From: the human T2T-CHM13v2.0 reference genome, Homo sapiens
DNA: 64,000 bases
NCBI RefSeq assembly: GCF_009914755.1
Contig: NC_060947.1
Reading direction: 5' to 3' (one strand)
Shown: piece by piece, positions 15,461 to 33,289 of the stretch
Position numbering within the stretch: position 1 is the stretch's first letter
How the letters are laid out: every line of letters starts with the position of its first letter
Notes under the pieces: model-generated
The model's input: the letters and a program-made list of their open reading frames with translations, nothing else
Database searches by the model: none
Told to the model about the DNA's origin: nothing
Position numbers and translations under genes: made by a program

Positions 15461-17756
15461 AAAAAAAGAAGGAACTTTTTATTTCTTTATCTAACTTAAG
15501 TTTGATTCATTGTAAAATCTGTCTAGCCACTTGTGTCACATATATATTTAATTTAGAGACAGTCAATTGACATATTGAGGCGGACTTTCCTGACTTATTA
15601 TGATCCACTGAACAACAGAAAAATTGATCGCCAGAATACGAATCTTTGGTTGATAACCATGATTGACTTAAAGCAGTTGTATACTGTTGTAAAGGTAAAG
15701 TCATTGGAACTGTGACATTGATATGAGGAAAAAGGAGACATTTTACTTTGGAAGCAGTAAACATTTCAAAATGTGCTAATATTGACTGTATAATATCTTC
15801 AACTAGATTTCCTTTGGTTAGTTTATCACTATTGAATCTGGCCTGAAGCATACGTGGATTTCTGTCCAGCAGGGTGGAATAAACAGAGGCTTTTCCTCCA
15901 CTGGTGTATTCAGGAAAAGAGATATTTGCTGGAATGGTGATAGTGTTACACTTATTTTCATTTGCATTATGTCTGTCACAGCAGTGGAATACGGTTTTTG
16001 AAATATGGTTCTAACAACATTATTTGCAACAATGATTACATCTGCTTCAAGCACTAAAGAATCCATTGTTTTATTCCAGGGATTGAACAGATGTCTGAGC
16101 AACTGGCTCACTTCCAGCATGCGGAATGTCATATAAATGGGACTGGAGGAGAGGAAGAACATTTAACTGATCAATAAAATCATTCTTAAGATTTCCATTC
16201 AAAATATTTCTTATAATGGACACAATTGGGGACTTTTTGGCTCTTTGAGTTCTACTTTAATTTTTTTCAGTGTTCTTTTCAATTCCTCTTGCTCAAGAGA
16301 CTCTGATTTAGTTTCTTCTTTTGGAGGTCTTTTCTCTCCAGCACTTTCTTTCTCTGTATCTGCAGAATCTTCTAGATATGACTCTGGTCCAGCTCCTCCA
16401 GGAAGAAAATTTCTGTAGGCTGGCCTTTATCTGTAATTTTCAATGTCTCTGTTTTCTGCTTCAGTTTCATTAAACGTATGTGGAGGCATTCCATCCCAAA
16501 TTAAAATGACTAGCTTCTTAAGCATTTGTTTCTCTTGTAGTGGGTCGTGTACACATTTCCAAATCTGGCAAGCTCACATTTAATTTGGTTTGAATAGCCT
16601 TCAAAATTGCACTTGATACCTTCTTTGTATGAATGTGTAAAGTGGACTGCAATAGTTCTTGATGTGCGTTAGCTCAAATGTTGGAACTTTCACTTTCCCC
16701 GTCTGTCTTGTTGCTCTTTTTATTTCCATTGATTATAGTACCCACAGTTATAAAATTTCTTTTGGCAAGCCCTTCCAATTTAGCAAAAACCATTTCAATG
16801 ATATATGAAGTCACAACTTTTCATTTATTTGGATACTTTTATTTTGTGCTCCCTCTTTCCCTGTTTCAGGGGCAGTAGTTTTCCCCTTATTGGTAGTTGT
16901 CTCTTGACTGCCTTGCTGGATCCCCCTGGACACCATGCTGGAGATTATATCAGAGCATCTGCTCATTTCCTCAATAAGTGAAGCAAATGATAAGCTGTCA
17001 GGGTCAATATACTCCAAGATAGCTTTAAATTCTGAACTTGTGAAACTGCTATCCACCTCAGCACTACACAATCGTGTAATGATATATTCTAGAATTGTAT
17101 GAGAAATGAGCTGAATATCAGGCTGCAATGCAGTGATTGTTCTTAAATTCTCATCGATCCACTCTCTGGTTCACTATCAGATGGGGAGAATGTGAATGAT
17201 CTTCTACGAGCTCCGATTACATGTCATATAAAGTATCTCCAGTTCTATCTAATACTTGTAATTTGGCACATTTGTGAACTTCCTTTTGCCTAGGAGGGCA
17301 CTGAAAATGAGAAAATGTTTGTTGATCAATGTCAACAATTCCATATGAAAATATAGGCCTCAGCTTCTGTGAAGGGAGTGGAACATTGCTTTTATCTGTC
17401 TTTCCACTTAACACTTCACAAATACAATTTACTAATGAACTTTCAATAATGTCATTGTTTAGCTTTGTGACAACAGCCTAATTCCTTTCCGGTTTTATCA
17501 AAAACTACTGTATCTATATACTTCTTGGGAGGACCCTTCTCCCTAAGATTTAGATTCTTCTCATTGTATTTCAGTTCCTTCTTGATAGCATCCAGACAAT
17601 TTTTCCCACTTTAGTTGTGTATACACTAAGTTGAGATTTAAACAAAGATTCCTTGCCAGGTGCAGGCTTCAAACTAGCAGCATGGCTTTCTGGTTTGAAG
17701 CATTTTTGCAATTTTGAACAAATACGTGACTTTGGCATCTTAAAAATTTTATGAGT

Positions 17757-18874
17757 GTTTTCTTTTTCTTATAAATTTGTTTAAGACCCTTGTAGACTCT
17801 GGATATTAGACCTTTGCCAGATGCATAGTTTGCAAAAAATTTATCCCATTCTACAGGTTGTCTGTTTACTCGGTTGATAGTTTCTTTTGCTGTGCAAGAA
17901 GCTCTTTAGTTTAATTAGATTCCATTTGTCCATTTTTGCTTTTGTTGCAAAAAAAACTGACTTGTAATACTTTCCGACACCACAACCCTATAAAAAAGTG
18001 GACAAAGGATATGAACACTTTTCAAAAGAAGACATACATGTGGCCAATAATCATATGAAGAAAGCTCAGTATCACTGATCATTAGAGAAATGCAAATCAA
18101 ACCCACGAGGAGATACTATCTCACATCAGTCAGAATGGCTATTATGAAGTCAAAAAATAACAGATGCTGGTGAGGTTGTGGAGAAAAAGGAATGCTTATA
18201 CACTGTTGGTGGGAGTGTCGACTAGTTCAACCATTATGGAAGATAGTGTGGCGATTCCTCAAAGACCTAAAGACAGAAATACCACTTGACCAAGCAATCC
18301 CATTACTAGGTATACACCCGAAGGAATATACATTTTATTTCTGTCATTTTATTATATTTTATTTTATGTCATTTTATTATAAAGACATATGCACACATAT
18401 GTTCACTGAAGCACTGTTCACAAGAGCAAAGACACGGAATCAACCTAAATGCCCATCAGTGATAGACTGGTTAAAGAAAATGTAGTACATATACACCATG
18501 GAATATTATGCAGCCATAAAAAGGAATACTATCATGTCCTTTGCAAGGACATGGTTGGAGCTGGAGGCCATTATCCTTAGCAAACTAACACAGGAACAGA
18601 AAACCAAATACCACATATTCTCACTGATAAGTGGGAGCTAAATGATGAGAACACATGGGCACAAAGAGGGGAACAGACACGGGCCTGCATGAGGGTGGAG
18701 GGAGGAGGGAGAGGATCAGGAAAAATAACTAATGAATACTAGGCTTAATACTTGGATGATGAAATAATCTGTACAACAAACCCCCATGACACAAGTTTAC
18801 ATATGTAACAAGCCTGCACATGTACCCCTGAACTTAATATAAAAGTTAAAAAATAAAAATGGAATTACATTTTC
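17757..18874 (+). mobile_element. 5'-inverted (twin-primed) older primate L1 3' end (L1PA13-16-like)
   Basis: 17757-17950 is antisense ORF2; 17983-18860 is sense ORF2 end plus 3'UTR; TSD aaaaatt(t/c)tatgagt at 17742-17756 and 18875-18889. Confidence 0.88.
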
Positions 18875-20586
18875 AAAAATTCTATGAGTAATTTTATCAT
18901 TAATATGAACTAAAGGCTCACTTTCTTCAGACTAACCAGGGATGTTTTTTAGGGTCTATACTAAGCACAGCTAAAAATTTCATCTTGTTTTTACTCTCTA
19001 ATCATATTTCTAATAGCTCTTTATTTGGTACACCAGTATTATCTAGAGAAGTTTGGTGTACTAATGGAGAAAATGAAATGTTTGGTGGTGTTAATGATGT
19101 GACTAGAAGCCATGTGTAATATTTTTAATACACCATCTGCTATTCCTGAGCTACTGCATGGATTTCTGATGCAGAGAACATCTGGTTCATACATTCTTAA
19201 TGTGACAGACCTCATGGTTTTTCTAAGGTAAGAAGTAAAGCTTCTTGACCATTTTTATTGACTGAATGGCCATGGGACACAGAAGATATGTCTTTGAGCA
19301 CTTCTGCTAAAATAGTTGTAATTATGTTTTTGGATGCATTTTGTATTTGATGTTTTGCATCATGGCTAAAAACCCAAATGTCTTTGTTCAAATAGGACTT
19401 GTCCATGAAAAGGTTTTTAGTTATTAAAAGCTGGGAGGTCAGTCTTTAACCCCCAATCACAAAATGCTACTTTGTCTTGACAAGCAGGCTTTGTAGTTGA
19501 GTTGGCGTTTCTTTTGCATTTAAGACCAGTATTTCCCCTTGTTGACCAGTGATCAGGAACCTGTTCTTGTAATTTTGCTTTTTCATCCTTGATAGGTGAA
19601 ATCAGTAGATTTTCCACAACTTTGTTTATTCTTCATTATTGTCTTTGGAATAAAAGACCATGCCAGGGACATTAACAAGTTGATGGTCCCCTAGATACGT
19701 TGCTCGTATTCAGGGGACCATGAACTACTCTAGTGCCAGAGAGTCTGTTCTCTTTTTCAGTGCCAAAAAGACTGCTCGTTCTGGAGCATCTACTCTCTTG
19801 GACATTGTTTTCATTGGTTTCTGATGTAAGTGAGTCAAGATATTGACAAGCAGCTGAAACATGATCACTGTTTCTTTAGTTGCAGTAAGGCTTTGATTAT
19901 TAACTCTGATTTACATATAACCTAGTATAGTGTCGATTGCTTCCTCTGTATAATGAACCAGAGAGAACTGGGACAAAATATTTGACACTAAATTTTGTAT
20001 TTCTTCTTTGGCAATCAAATTGGCTGTATCAGGTTCAGTGCTAGATTTTCTTTTGCTGGCTCTTTGAAGGAACGTACCTGTTGGATCTTTCATATGTTGC
20101 TGATAAGCAGGTTCCCATGTGAATTCAAGATGAGCAAGTTCATTTTGCTTAGAAAATGCAAGAGTCATCAGCTTTTTTACAATCATGTAAACCATATCCT
20201 CTGCAATATCACTCATGTTCTCCAAAGTATATGTCAGTGAAGCTTTTAAAGGATTTTCTTTTGGGGAAATGAAATGTTCTCCTCTAGCTGATTTAAAGTG
20301 TACTGACACATTTTATTGTGAAAATACCTCAATACATTTTTTTCTGTGAACTTCAGACCAGCTTCTCAAGTATGTTTTCCACAATGTCAGCAGCCGCTGA
20401 AGAGATATCAACATTGCAGAGCAAGTCTTCTTTGTCAGTTTGGTCAACCCAAACTTCAGCTGTAACAGAGGAAAGAGTGGGTTTGGCCTGAGTTAAATCA
20501 GACAACACTTCTAGAAAAATGCCATCTAAAGTCAACTCAGTTTTCTCTTTTAGGTAACACTTAAAGTTAACAAAAGCATTCTTTAA

Positions 20587-20940
<354 letters not shown>

Positions 20941-21825
20941 GAAGTCAGTGGGCATTTTAAGCCATCCGTTTTAGTGGTAGCATCCCTAGATTTCTTTGTG
21001 CCTGTTTCCATCGATGTGATAAGGTGACTATCGAATTTACAGATTTTGAGCCGGAGGTATTTATAGATCTTATTATGTTTAATTTCAGAGGTTATAGGTT
21101 GTCCTTTCCTGTGATGAATTTTTTCCACAACTGTTGTTTCTTTGTGGGCAGAAGGTGGCATTAAAAGTGTGACTGGTCGCCCCATTGACCTGTCAGGTGT
21201 CTTTATATAGGACACTGAAATGTCTTAATTGTTTCAATATAAACATTTCACTGCATGTGATACAACAACCTGAACTATCTGAAAAGAGAGTGGAGTCAGC
21301 AGACATTGGGTATGTACTATTTTACAACATTTCTTCATATTTTGTGATTGCTGGGTATAATATACTGGTCACTGCTGCCACAATTCATGTCATTGTATTA
21401 TGAATTATACTTTTCAGTTCTTCAGAAGTTACCTGGAAAGGAGGTGAGCAGGGATACAAAGAAAACCAAATGTAAATTTACTCTATTCTAGGGATGGGGG
21501 CTGGCCTTTAATTCCATATATCAAATTACAGTTAGTCATGGTATATAGAAAGGGATCTCTTTAGAACATCAGATTAATTTCAAATTGGTTTATTCTCTAA
21601 GTCTGTGATCTATTTTTTGAATATGATTCTCTTTGATTCAAAGGCACTTGAAAGTTTTATTTTTAGCATTTACTACTGGGGATCAATGACTTTCTGGAAG
21701 AAAAAAAAATAGCCAAGTGAGTGTCTAGGCTCATACAAAACCAGTGCTTTGGCAAGAAGTAAAAATTGTGTTTATGATCCAGGAAATATTTATTAAAAAT
21801 ATGAACTAGATTACTTCTAACAAAC

Positions 21826-22257
21826 TGTATTAGGCTATTTTTGCATTGCTATAAAGAAATACCTGAAGCTGGGTAATTTACAAAGAAAAGTGGTTTAATT
21901 GGCTCACAGTTCTGCAGGCTGTACAAGCATGGCACCAACATCTGCTCAGCTTCTGGTGAGGCTTCAAGAAGTTTACTATCATGGTGGAAGGTGAAGGGGG
22001 AAGCTGGCATATCACATGGTGAGAACGGGAGCAAAAGAGGGAGTGGGGGAGGTCCAAAACTTTTAAACAACCAGATCTTGCATGAACTAACTGAGCAAGA
22101 ACTCACTCATCACAAAGGGATGCTACTAAACCATTCATGAGAAATCCACCCCCATGATCCAGTCACTTCCCACCAGGCCCCACCTCCAACATCAGGAATC
22201 ATGTTTCACCATGAGATTTGGAAGGGACAAACATCCATAAACATCCAAACCATATCA
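21826..22257 (-). mobile_element. MST (MSTB-like) solo LTR
   Basis: tgtattagg...ccaaaccatatca; TSD caaac/caatc. Confidence 0.9.
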
Positions 22258-23214
22258 CAATCTATTTCATGAAGCAAATTTGTAGTCAAAATATTTAGGT
22301 GCTTTTGTGGAGATAGCATCCTTCTGCTTAGGCATCTGTTTAGGTAGGATATGAGGGCAAAAAATAAGGTCCCCTAGTGGCAGATGTCAGCCCGTGACTC
22401 TGCTGTCTTCCTCCTTCAAATGACTGTTTATATATGCAAGCAACTACAGCTAATTGTTGGGAATTAATTGATGGGTGACAATTAGCACTAATGATTTAGG
22501 GAGGATCAACAGCTTTGGGTCCAATAAAATATTATCAGTCTAAACTTTCTTGGATAGAAAGGCAGAAGACAGATCATGAAGACAAAAAACACATTAATTT
22601 AGGTAGAAAAAGAAGGGCTGAGTTGGAATTGGGACTCAAAGAGCCAGGAAGGCTAAGCAGCAGAGGGAAGTTGGGGTCCATTTTTTTCTGAGCTGAAATA
22701 TAAACTCGGTGACCAAACTTGATGACCATTTCCTCAGTGATTAATTGTACTGTCACAGCTTATACTGGCCCAGGGGTAGATGCAAAGTGCATCTGTAGAA
22801 CTCTGTGTTCTCTGAAAGGGCAGTATGTGCGAATTGACCCCCAAATGCCAAGGAGCTGAGAAACCAAAGAAAGAGGCAGAAAAATCCAGTTTGTCGATTT
22901 GGGGTGATTTATTAAGGGAACTTACAGACAGAATCGTGGTCTTGAGTGGTCACAAGACAAGTAGATCTCCACACCACAATCCCCCAGACCCAGGGCTTAT
23001 ATCTTGGAAAAAAAGCATACGTTCTCTGGAATGAATGTGTAAGTGGTATGAGCATCCCAGCCAATGATTTCTGCAACAAGAGTTGTTTTGGAGGAAACCT
23101 ACAATGAATAGGTGTTCCTACATAAAGGGTAATATATCAACTAGACATTTTGGGGGCGTTCTTGGACTCTTGGGGTTAGTCAGAAGTTACACAGCAGGTT
23201 AGCATTTAAAATAA

Positions 23215-24512
<1,298 letters not shown>

Positions 24513-24949
24513 GAAAATGTGGCACATATACGCCATGGAATACTATGCAGCCATAAAAAAGGATGAGTTCATGTCCTTTGCAGGGACATGGATGAAGCTG
24601 CACACCATCATTCTCAGCAAACTAACACAGGAACAGAAAACCAAACACCGCATGTTCTCACTTGTTAAGTGGGAGTTGAACAATGAGAGCACATGGACAC
24701 AGGGAGAGGAACATCACACGCTGGGGCCTGCTGGGGGTTGGGGGTGCTAAGGGAGGGATAGCATTAAGAGAAATACCTAATGTAGGTGATGGGTTGGTGA
24801 GTGCAGCAAACCACCACGGCACATGTATACCCATGTAACAAACCTGCACGTCCTGCACATGTATCCCAGAACTTAAAGTATAATAATAATAAAAAAGGAA
24901 ATATAAAAAAGAAAAAGAATTGTCATCAATCTTGAAAAATAAAACAAAA
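24513..24949 (+). mobile_element. Second, older L1PA 3' end plus short unique tail, inside the same TSD pair
   Basis: Restarts at gaaaatgtggcacat with a different 3'UTR; TSD (t)aaaataaagtcactc at 23207-23222 and 24950-24965. Confidence 0.88.
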
Positions 24950-26666
24950 TAAAATAAAGTCACTCTTGTCCACACACTCTCTACTGGTTTATGTCCTTTT
25001 ACTCATTGCAGATATATTTTGGTAATATAAAAATCCCTTTGCGTATCATAAAATAGTATGTTTTTAAGTTGTTACTCTCAAAACAGCCAGAACAAGAGTC
25101 TTTACCTTCCACAGGAACTGTACTTCTCAAGGCTGTAGATACAAGTCAGTGGCAGCAAAGGCTGGATGCCTAGCATTTGAGCACTAGGAGAATGATAGGA
25201 TCCCTATAATGTGGTTGTTGCCTCCCCCACAATTATCTCCAAAGTTAGCTCTGAGATTGTTCAGGTTTAGGCCAACATTCAAAGAAAATTTATCACCTTG
25301 CTGCGTGTAACATACTCTCTTTTGACCCATTAGAGGGTTGAGGGCCAACCCAGGGAAGACTTATTTTATTCCACTCTAATTCCCAAATGCCTTAATTCAT
25401 ATTTTGTTGCATGACATAAAATTTACCATTTTACCATTTTAAAGCATACTTCAGCAGCATTATGTACGTTGACAATGTCATGCTACCATTGCTACTGTCT
25501 AGTTCTTTCACAGCCTTTTTTTTTTTTTAACCACAGATAAGAAAGCGGCAATAAGTTTGAAAAACATACTTTGGGATGACAGCATATGGTTGAAAACACT
25601 TGTTTTACATAAATATGTCCTAAATCAAACACCTCTAAGAATAACATGTAAACATTAACGGGGAAGATACTTACCTTCTGTGTCTAAATTGGCCTAAATC
25701 CAATCCATTCCAATAGATATGAGCTGATAATTTCAATATGTATTATTTCCTTATGACCACAGATCATGTACAACAGACCTACATTCTTATGCTTAGGATA
25801 GCATTCCTAATCTTAATACATAAAATAGGGACATTCTTAAAGTTTTTAATGAAGTGAAATGTGAGAAATAGAATAGGATTTTTCAGCTTACTTTCACTAT
25901 ACCACTAGACCAAGAAATATCTTTTTGGTGCCAATTTTGTGCTTGTTGCACAGTCTATGAATTGAACAGACATATGTGTGAGTATGCCACTTCCCTGAAC
26001 CTCTCTTTGTTCATGTTTGATCCATCCAGCCCCAGAGTTGTGGTTCATCAAATTCACCTTCTTATTTTTGCTTGGTCCACGTTACAGCTCTCAGGTGGCC
26101 AGGTCATTTCTTTTGGTGGTGTGGCCAACTTAATAGTCTTCTTACTCCCAGGAAAATAAAGAGACACATCCAAGGCACCCTGGCTCACCCACCTCAGGGG
26201 CAGGACGCTCAGCCCTGAGCCAGGTCTGCTGTGGTCTGCAAAGGGATTTCCCTTAATGACTTCCCATTATGGAGTAGGTTTGTGATATTCAATGCTTTTC
26301 CTGTTCTGTCTGGACCTCCTAAGGCTCCCCAAACTACCCCTCTGAGCCCCCTTGCCCAAAGGGCCAATACTCTTTTTAACAATAACTTTGGACCCCTGTA
26401 AAACCTGAGATTAACTGAGATTGAAAGTCATGGAAGAGAAACAGGCAAAGAGGGAGACTGACTAATGTCAACAGATGATGGCTGGCTTTCTGATTCACAG
26501 ATTTTTTTTCTCTTATAACATATTTGAAAAAAAACTTAATATATTGTTTTCAATGAATACTTTTTCCTGACAGGGATTTTGATGAACAGATTTCTATGGA
26601 CATGTTGCTCTACATGGAGACCTGCTTTAGTATCATTATCCAGAAATATTCATTAAAATCTACTTA

Positions 26667-27005
<339 letters not shown>

Positions 27006-27067
27006 TTAGAAAGTGTTAGAGTAGGAAGAGATTAATAACATGCAGACTAATGAACAAATATTGAGCA

Positions 27068-27070
<3 letters not shown>

Positions 27071-27102
<32 letters not shown>
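27071..27102. repeat. (AT)n microsatellite
   Basis: Direct reading. Confidence 0.97.
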
Positions 27103-27106
<4 letters not shown>

Positions 27107-27109
27107 TAA

Positions 27110-27545
27110 TTCATTCAACAAATCAATGCCATTGAGTGTTACTATGTGCCAGACACTGTATGGTCATTCCAATATAACATAGGAAGTCCTATAATAAAGG
27201 GGTATATATAATGCTTCAGGAGCAGTGACAGAGGGTGTCTACACAGATTGTGAGGAAGGTTCTCTGGAAGAGGTGACACGAACTGAATGAATCTTAAAGG
27301 ATAACACGTTTTAAAGAGGGACACTCAAGTTGTAGCCAAATGAAATAGTAAGGGCAAAGACCCTGAGGTGTAAATAACATGATATGTTTAGGGAATTGAA
27401 TGTCGTTCAGTATCTCTGGAGCACAGAATACATGTAGAATGGTCTAGAGATTAGGCAGGTGAGGTAGGCAGTGGACCCAGATTTTAAGATGTATTTTGTG
27501 CCTCACTGGGAGTCCCTGGAGGATTTGAAACAAAGCAGTGACAGC
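27110..27545 (-). mobile_element. L2 3' fragment
   Basis: attcattcaacaaat...tactatgtgccagacactgt. Confidence 0.65.
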
Positions 27546-28666
27546 AAGGAATAAGGACCTAGTACGATATGTTAATAACTATTTTACAAGTAGGTTTTGA
27601 AGAATGCCAACAAATAATAATTTTCTTTTTCTGTCTGAAAATCTATCTGCAGCTCAGAGAATTGTTTCTTCTCATGATTCATCAAATAAGTCAGTGTCTA
27701 ATTTGGATTAGAACATAGAATAGAATATTGTGATACCTAGAAAAGGGCTATATCTAATTTGGTATTTAATATGATCAGAAAATCACAATTTTAATTCATC
27801 ATTATTGAATAATCATCTGTAGATTCTTTCCCACTGTGGGTCAGAGAGAGGAGACTAGGAGTTTTGAGGAGGTAGGTAGAAAGTGAATGATCAGAAACCT
27901 CTGATCAAGCAGGGCAAGCAGAAAAGACTCGCCCAGCCACTCCACTCTTCTTACAACCCCATGCTCTTCCCAGCTCACTACAAAATAAATGTGGCTAAGT
28001 CTAAGTTGGATCAAGAGTGTAATATTAGAATCTGGGAGAATGTTCCAAAAATTATTAGCCCTAAATTATAAAATCAATCTCTCTTGACTTTTCAGACATC
28101 AAAACTGCCATCAAAATCACTGTCAAGAAAAATTATGTATGATGAAATTCACTGAAAAAGTAACATATTAAGTTCTTTTCTAATGTTAAAAGAGAAAAAT
28201 CTGTGACATTAGTCAGTCTCCCTCTTTGCCTGTTTCTCTTCCTTCACTTTCAATCTCAGTTAACTTTGGGTTTAACAGGGGTCCAAAGTTACTGTTAAAA
28301 GAGAGTATTGGCCCTTTGGGCAAGGTGACCCAGAAGGGTTGGTTGGGGAGACTTAGGAGGTCTAGCCAAAACAGGACAAGCATTGAATACCACAATAAGA
28401 ATGCTCTGAATAATGGAAAGTAGTATTACAAATTAGAGCCAGTTCAAAATCAAGGTGAATTGGTATTTATTTTTCTCCCAATAAATATAAAGTGTATTGT
28501 GAGTAACCAATAAATTCCAATGATCTGTTTTAAAAGCTTTACTTAAATTCTATATAACTTTTTGAGTTTCTTTGTGTACGTTTTTACGTGTGTTTGGTTT
28601 TGAAAAGGAAGGAGCTGGAATTAGTAGTATGCAAGCCTGAGAAATCAAGTGTGAAGATAATACTGT

Positions 28667-29223
28667 TGTGGTGGTTTTAGAGTATGTCCACAAATTCTTG
28701 GATACTTCTCCCTGCAAGGGTGGAGGTTAATTCTCTTCCTCTTGAGTGTGGGCTGTACCTAGTGACTTGCTTCTAATGAATAGCATATGGTGGAAACAGT
28801 TGTGTGTAACTTCAGAGATAAGATCATAAGATCTACTGTGACTTCAACCCCTCTCTCTTGGAACACTTGCTCTGGGAGAAGCCAGCTGCCATAATCATGC
28901 GGCTACTCCAGAAGCCCTATAGAGTGGCCCATATGGTGTGGAACTAAGACCTCTTGCTAACAGCCAGCAAGGAATTGAGACCTTCTGCCAATAGCCCTGT
29001 GAGTGAGCGAGCTTGGAAGTGAATCCTCTAGTCCCAGTCAAGCCTTCAGGTAACTGCAGGAGGCCAGGATGATACCTTGACTGCAACCTCCTAAGACACC
29101 CCAGGTCAGAACCATCTAGCTAAGCTGCTCCTATATTCCGGACCAAGAAGCTGTGAGGTCATTTTTTTTTTAAACTGCCAAGTTTTAGGGTAATTTGTTA
29201 CTCAGTAATAAATATCTAATGGA
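28667..29223 (+). mobile_element. MLT1 (MaLR) LTR
   Basis: tgtggtggtttt...ccagtcaagccttcag...ttttagggtaatttgttactcagtaataaata. Confidence 0.8.
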
Positions 29224-29329
29224 ACTTCTGAAAAAAACATACCTCCATGGTTTTTAGCAATTGGAGAATTAAATATCCTGAAGAACCTAAATGTGTAATA
29301 CCTACTAGAAATACAATGGGAATATAATA

Positions 29330-29730
29330 CAAATACAATTATGGTGGAGAATGTCAATGCGCCTCGTTGATGGCTGGACACATCTAGTAGACAGTAAGAA
29401 AAGATAGTCTAGTAGACAGATCAGTAAAGACAGGTTAATTGAATAGTATAATCCATAAATATAACTTAATATTCATTTAGACTTTTATATACTTTAAATA
29501 GAGAATATACATTTTTTGTATGTCCGTGAAACACTTTCAAATATCAATCACATATTTAGCCACCAAGAAAACATTAACAACTTCGGTATGCTAGAGATTT
29601 CCAGGCTACATTCTCTGAAACTAATAAAAATAATGTGATGCAAAATAATAATTTCTCGGTAATAAAGAAACATACTATGGACAACTCTCAGATCAAAAAA
29701 GAAATTAAAAGGGGAAAGTATAATCTACCT
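29330..29730 (+). mobile_element. Ancient L1M ORF2 (endonuclease region) fragment
   Basis: tacaattatggtggaga..., agaatatacattttt, atcacatatttagccacca motifs. Confidence 0.55.
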
Positions 29731-29779
29731 GAAAAATTACACCTTATATTAAGATCTATGGGAAATAACAAAAGCTGTT

Positions 29780-31350
<1,571 letters not shown>

Positions 31351-31394
31351 TAAGGGGTTGCCAGATGTGCTTAATAATTGTTGCTAATATTTAC

Positions 31395-31455
31395 CTGGTT
31401 CATAGCTGAAGCTTGGTTTCTTGGGCCTTTTTACACTTAAATCAGCATGTCTCAC
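31395..31455 (-). pseudogene. FSIP2-like small exon (61 nt)
   Basis: tatag|GTGAGA...GAACCAG|gtaaat; reads VRHADLSVKRPKKPSFSYEP(G) versus FSIP2 ETNADWDGRPTKRSSYLCESG. Confidence 0.7.
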
Positions 31456-33289
31456 CTATATATACCATAAGAAAAATAAAAACAATAAAACAAAAGTTCC
31501 CCAAGGAGTTTTTAAATAATGTGAACACTGGGTATTTTTCACATTTAAAATATAAAACTTTAAGAAAGTGATTTAAGAACTTATTTCAAAAGCTCATTTA
31601 TAATAAATATCCATGTTTTATTTGGTTTATATGACATATGCTATTTGTAGAACTGAATTTGTAGAACTCAAAGGTTCATAGAATTCATTGGTATTCTAAA
31701 ATTAACTAACTGTGGAATCACCCTGATAAGCATGGAAGGTAATCAACTGAACAGCTAAAAAGAATATGTGTGGCTTTTAAACAAAGCTAAGTATAGGAGA
31801 GACATTTTTAGAGAACTGGAAGGCAGACAGCAGGTTAAAATGTGACTCTTTGGCTTGGCCAAGAACTCTGCTTGCTTTGGTGATTGTACAGGTAGATAAA
31901 TGCAACAAAGTCGACTTTATTTTTTTCCACATCTGAGAGCTGGACACAAGCCACCAGAAGTACATTTCCTAACACTGATAGGATGGGTGAAACAAGTTGG
32001 AAAATAGTATTGTATTCTATTGTAATAAAGGTGTTTATGCTGTTTCTCAAAATAATGAGAGATATTTGTGACCATTTGATGTACTTATTTTGCCCAACAT
32101 ATTTCAAAGTCTCCTTTAAAAACTGGTGGTCTAAATTTGTTTATTGATATTTTTTGGTAAAAATATGTAATATTAGGCTTGCCATCCATGTTAAAATAAG
32201 GGGACACTTTTTCCTGGCTCTGTATTGAGACCAGTGAAAAAATTAACTCCTGATTTGCAACTACTAAACTATCTCAAAGTAGTTAAGTTTCTTCCTTTAG
32301 ATACTGAACATACTGATTATCCATGTTGACTTAGTAGCACAATGCCTTGCACATAGCAGATATTTCATAAATATTTGTTTATACAGAGAAGCATATTATG
32401 GCAGACATGCTACCTTTTAGCCATTACACATAAGCAAGTCTGTCACTTAGTATGCAATTAACACAGGATATGCCAATGACATTTTCTACTTTAGTTATCT
32501 AAAACTCTTTTGGGAAGACTTCAGTAAATTACCTGCTTGATGACGTCTCTCTCAAACCATGTTACCTTTTTAGAACAGCAAAATCAGTTAATACAGTGCT
32601 AACAGAGCCAACAATGTGGATTTGATTCCTATAATAATCAGTTGGTATCCCACAGAGACAATCTATGCTGTGACAAGGGGCTGCGCCATGAATATCTGCT
32701 GCTAACTTTACAGCATTAGATGACTAAGGACTGGTAACCAAGGGGACAGAATGAGACAATATGGCTGTCTCTGCACAACCCATCAGCACTAGAAGACAAG
32801 TGATTCACAAAAACCCAATTTGATGCTTCATCTTCAGAGCACTAGTATGTATCTTGAAGTTCAAGTAGCTCACCAGTTAGCCTATAACCTAAGGGCTATT
32901 AAGTGGGAACACTCAAGTTGCTTCAGGTAATTACTATTAAGAATGAAGGCAAATATAACATTCAAATTTGAGATTTGTCTAACAAATCTCAGGCCCACCA
33001 TCTTTCTTTTTCTAACTGACAAATTGTTACTGGTATTCCCTACATTTACAGCTTGGTGACATTAACATAACTGATAGCCACCAGTGTCAGTAGACTAAAG
33101 TAGCACAGGGCTATTACTGGGGTTTGCATTTCAATTTTTGTAAAACCTTACTTTAGGATGGTTAATTTCAGGGAATAAGGCTGTTCTAAATTGACATTTA
33201 ATGAACGAAGTTGTTGTACACCAATCTTGATCATAATTTCATACTTCATTTGTTCTATCTACATCTGGTACAAAAGAAATGTTACTTGC

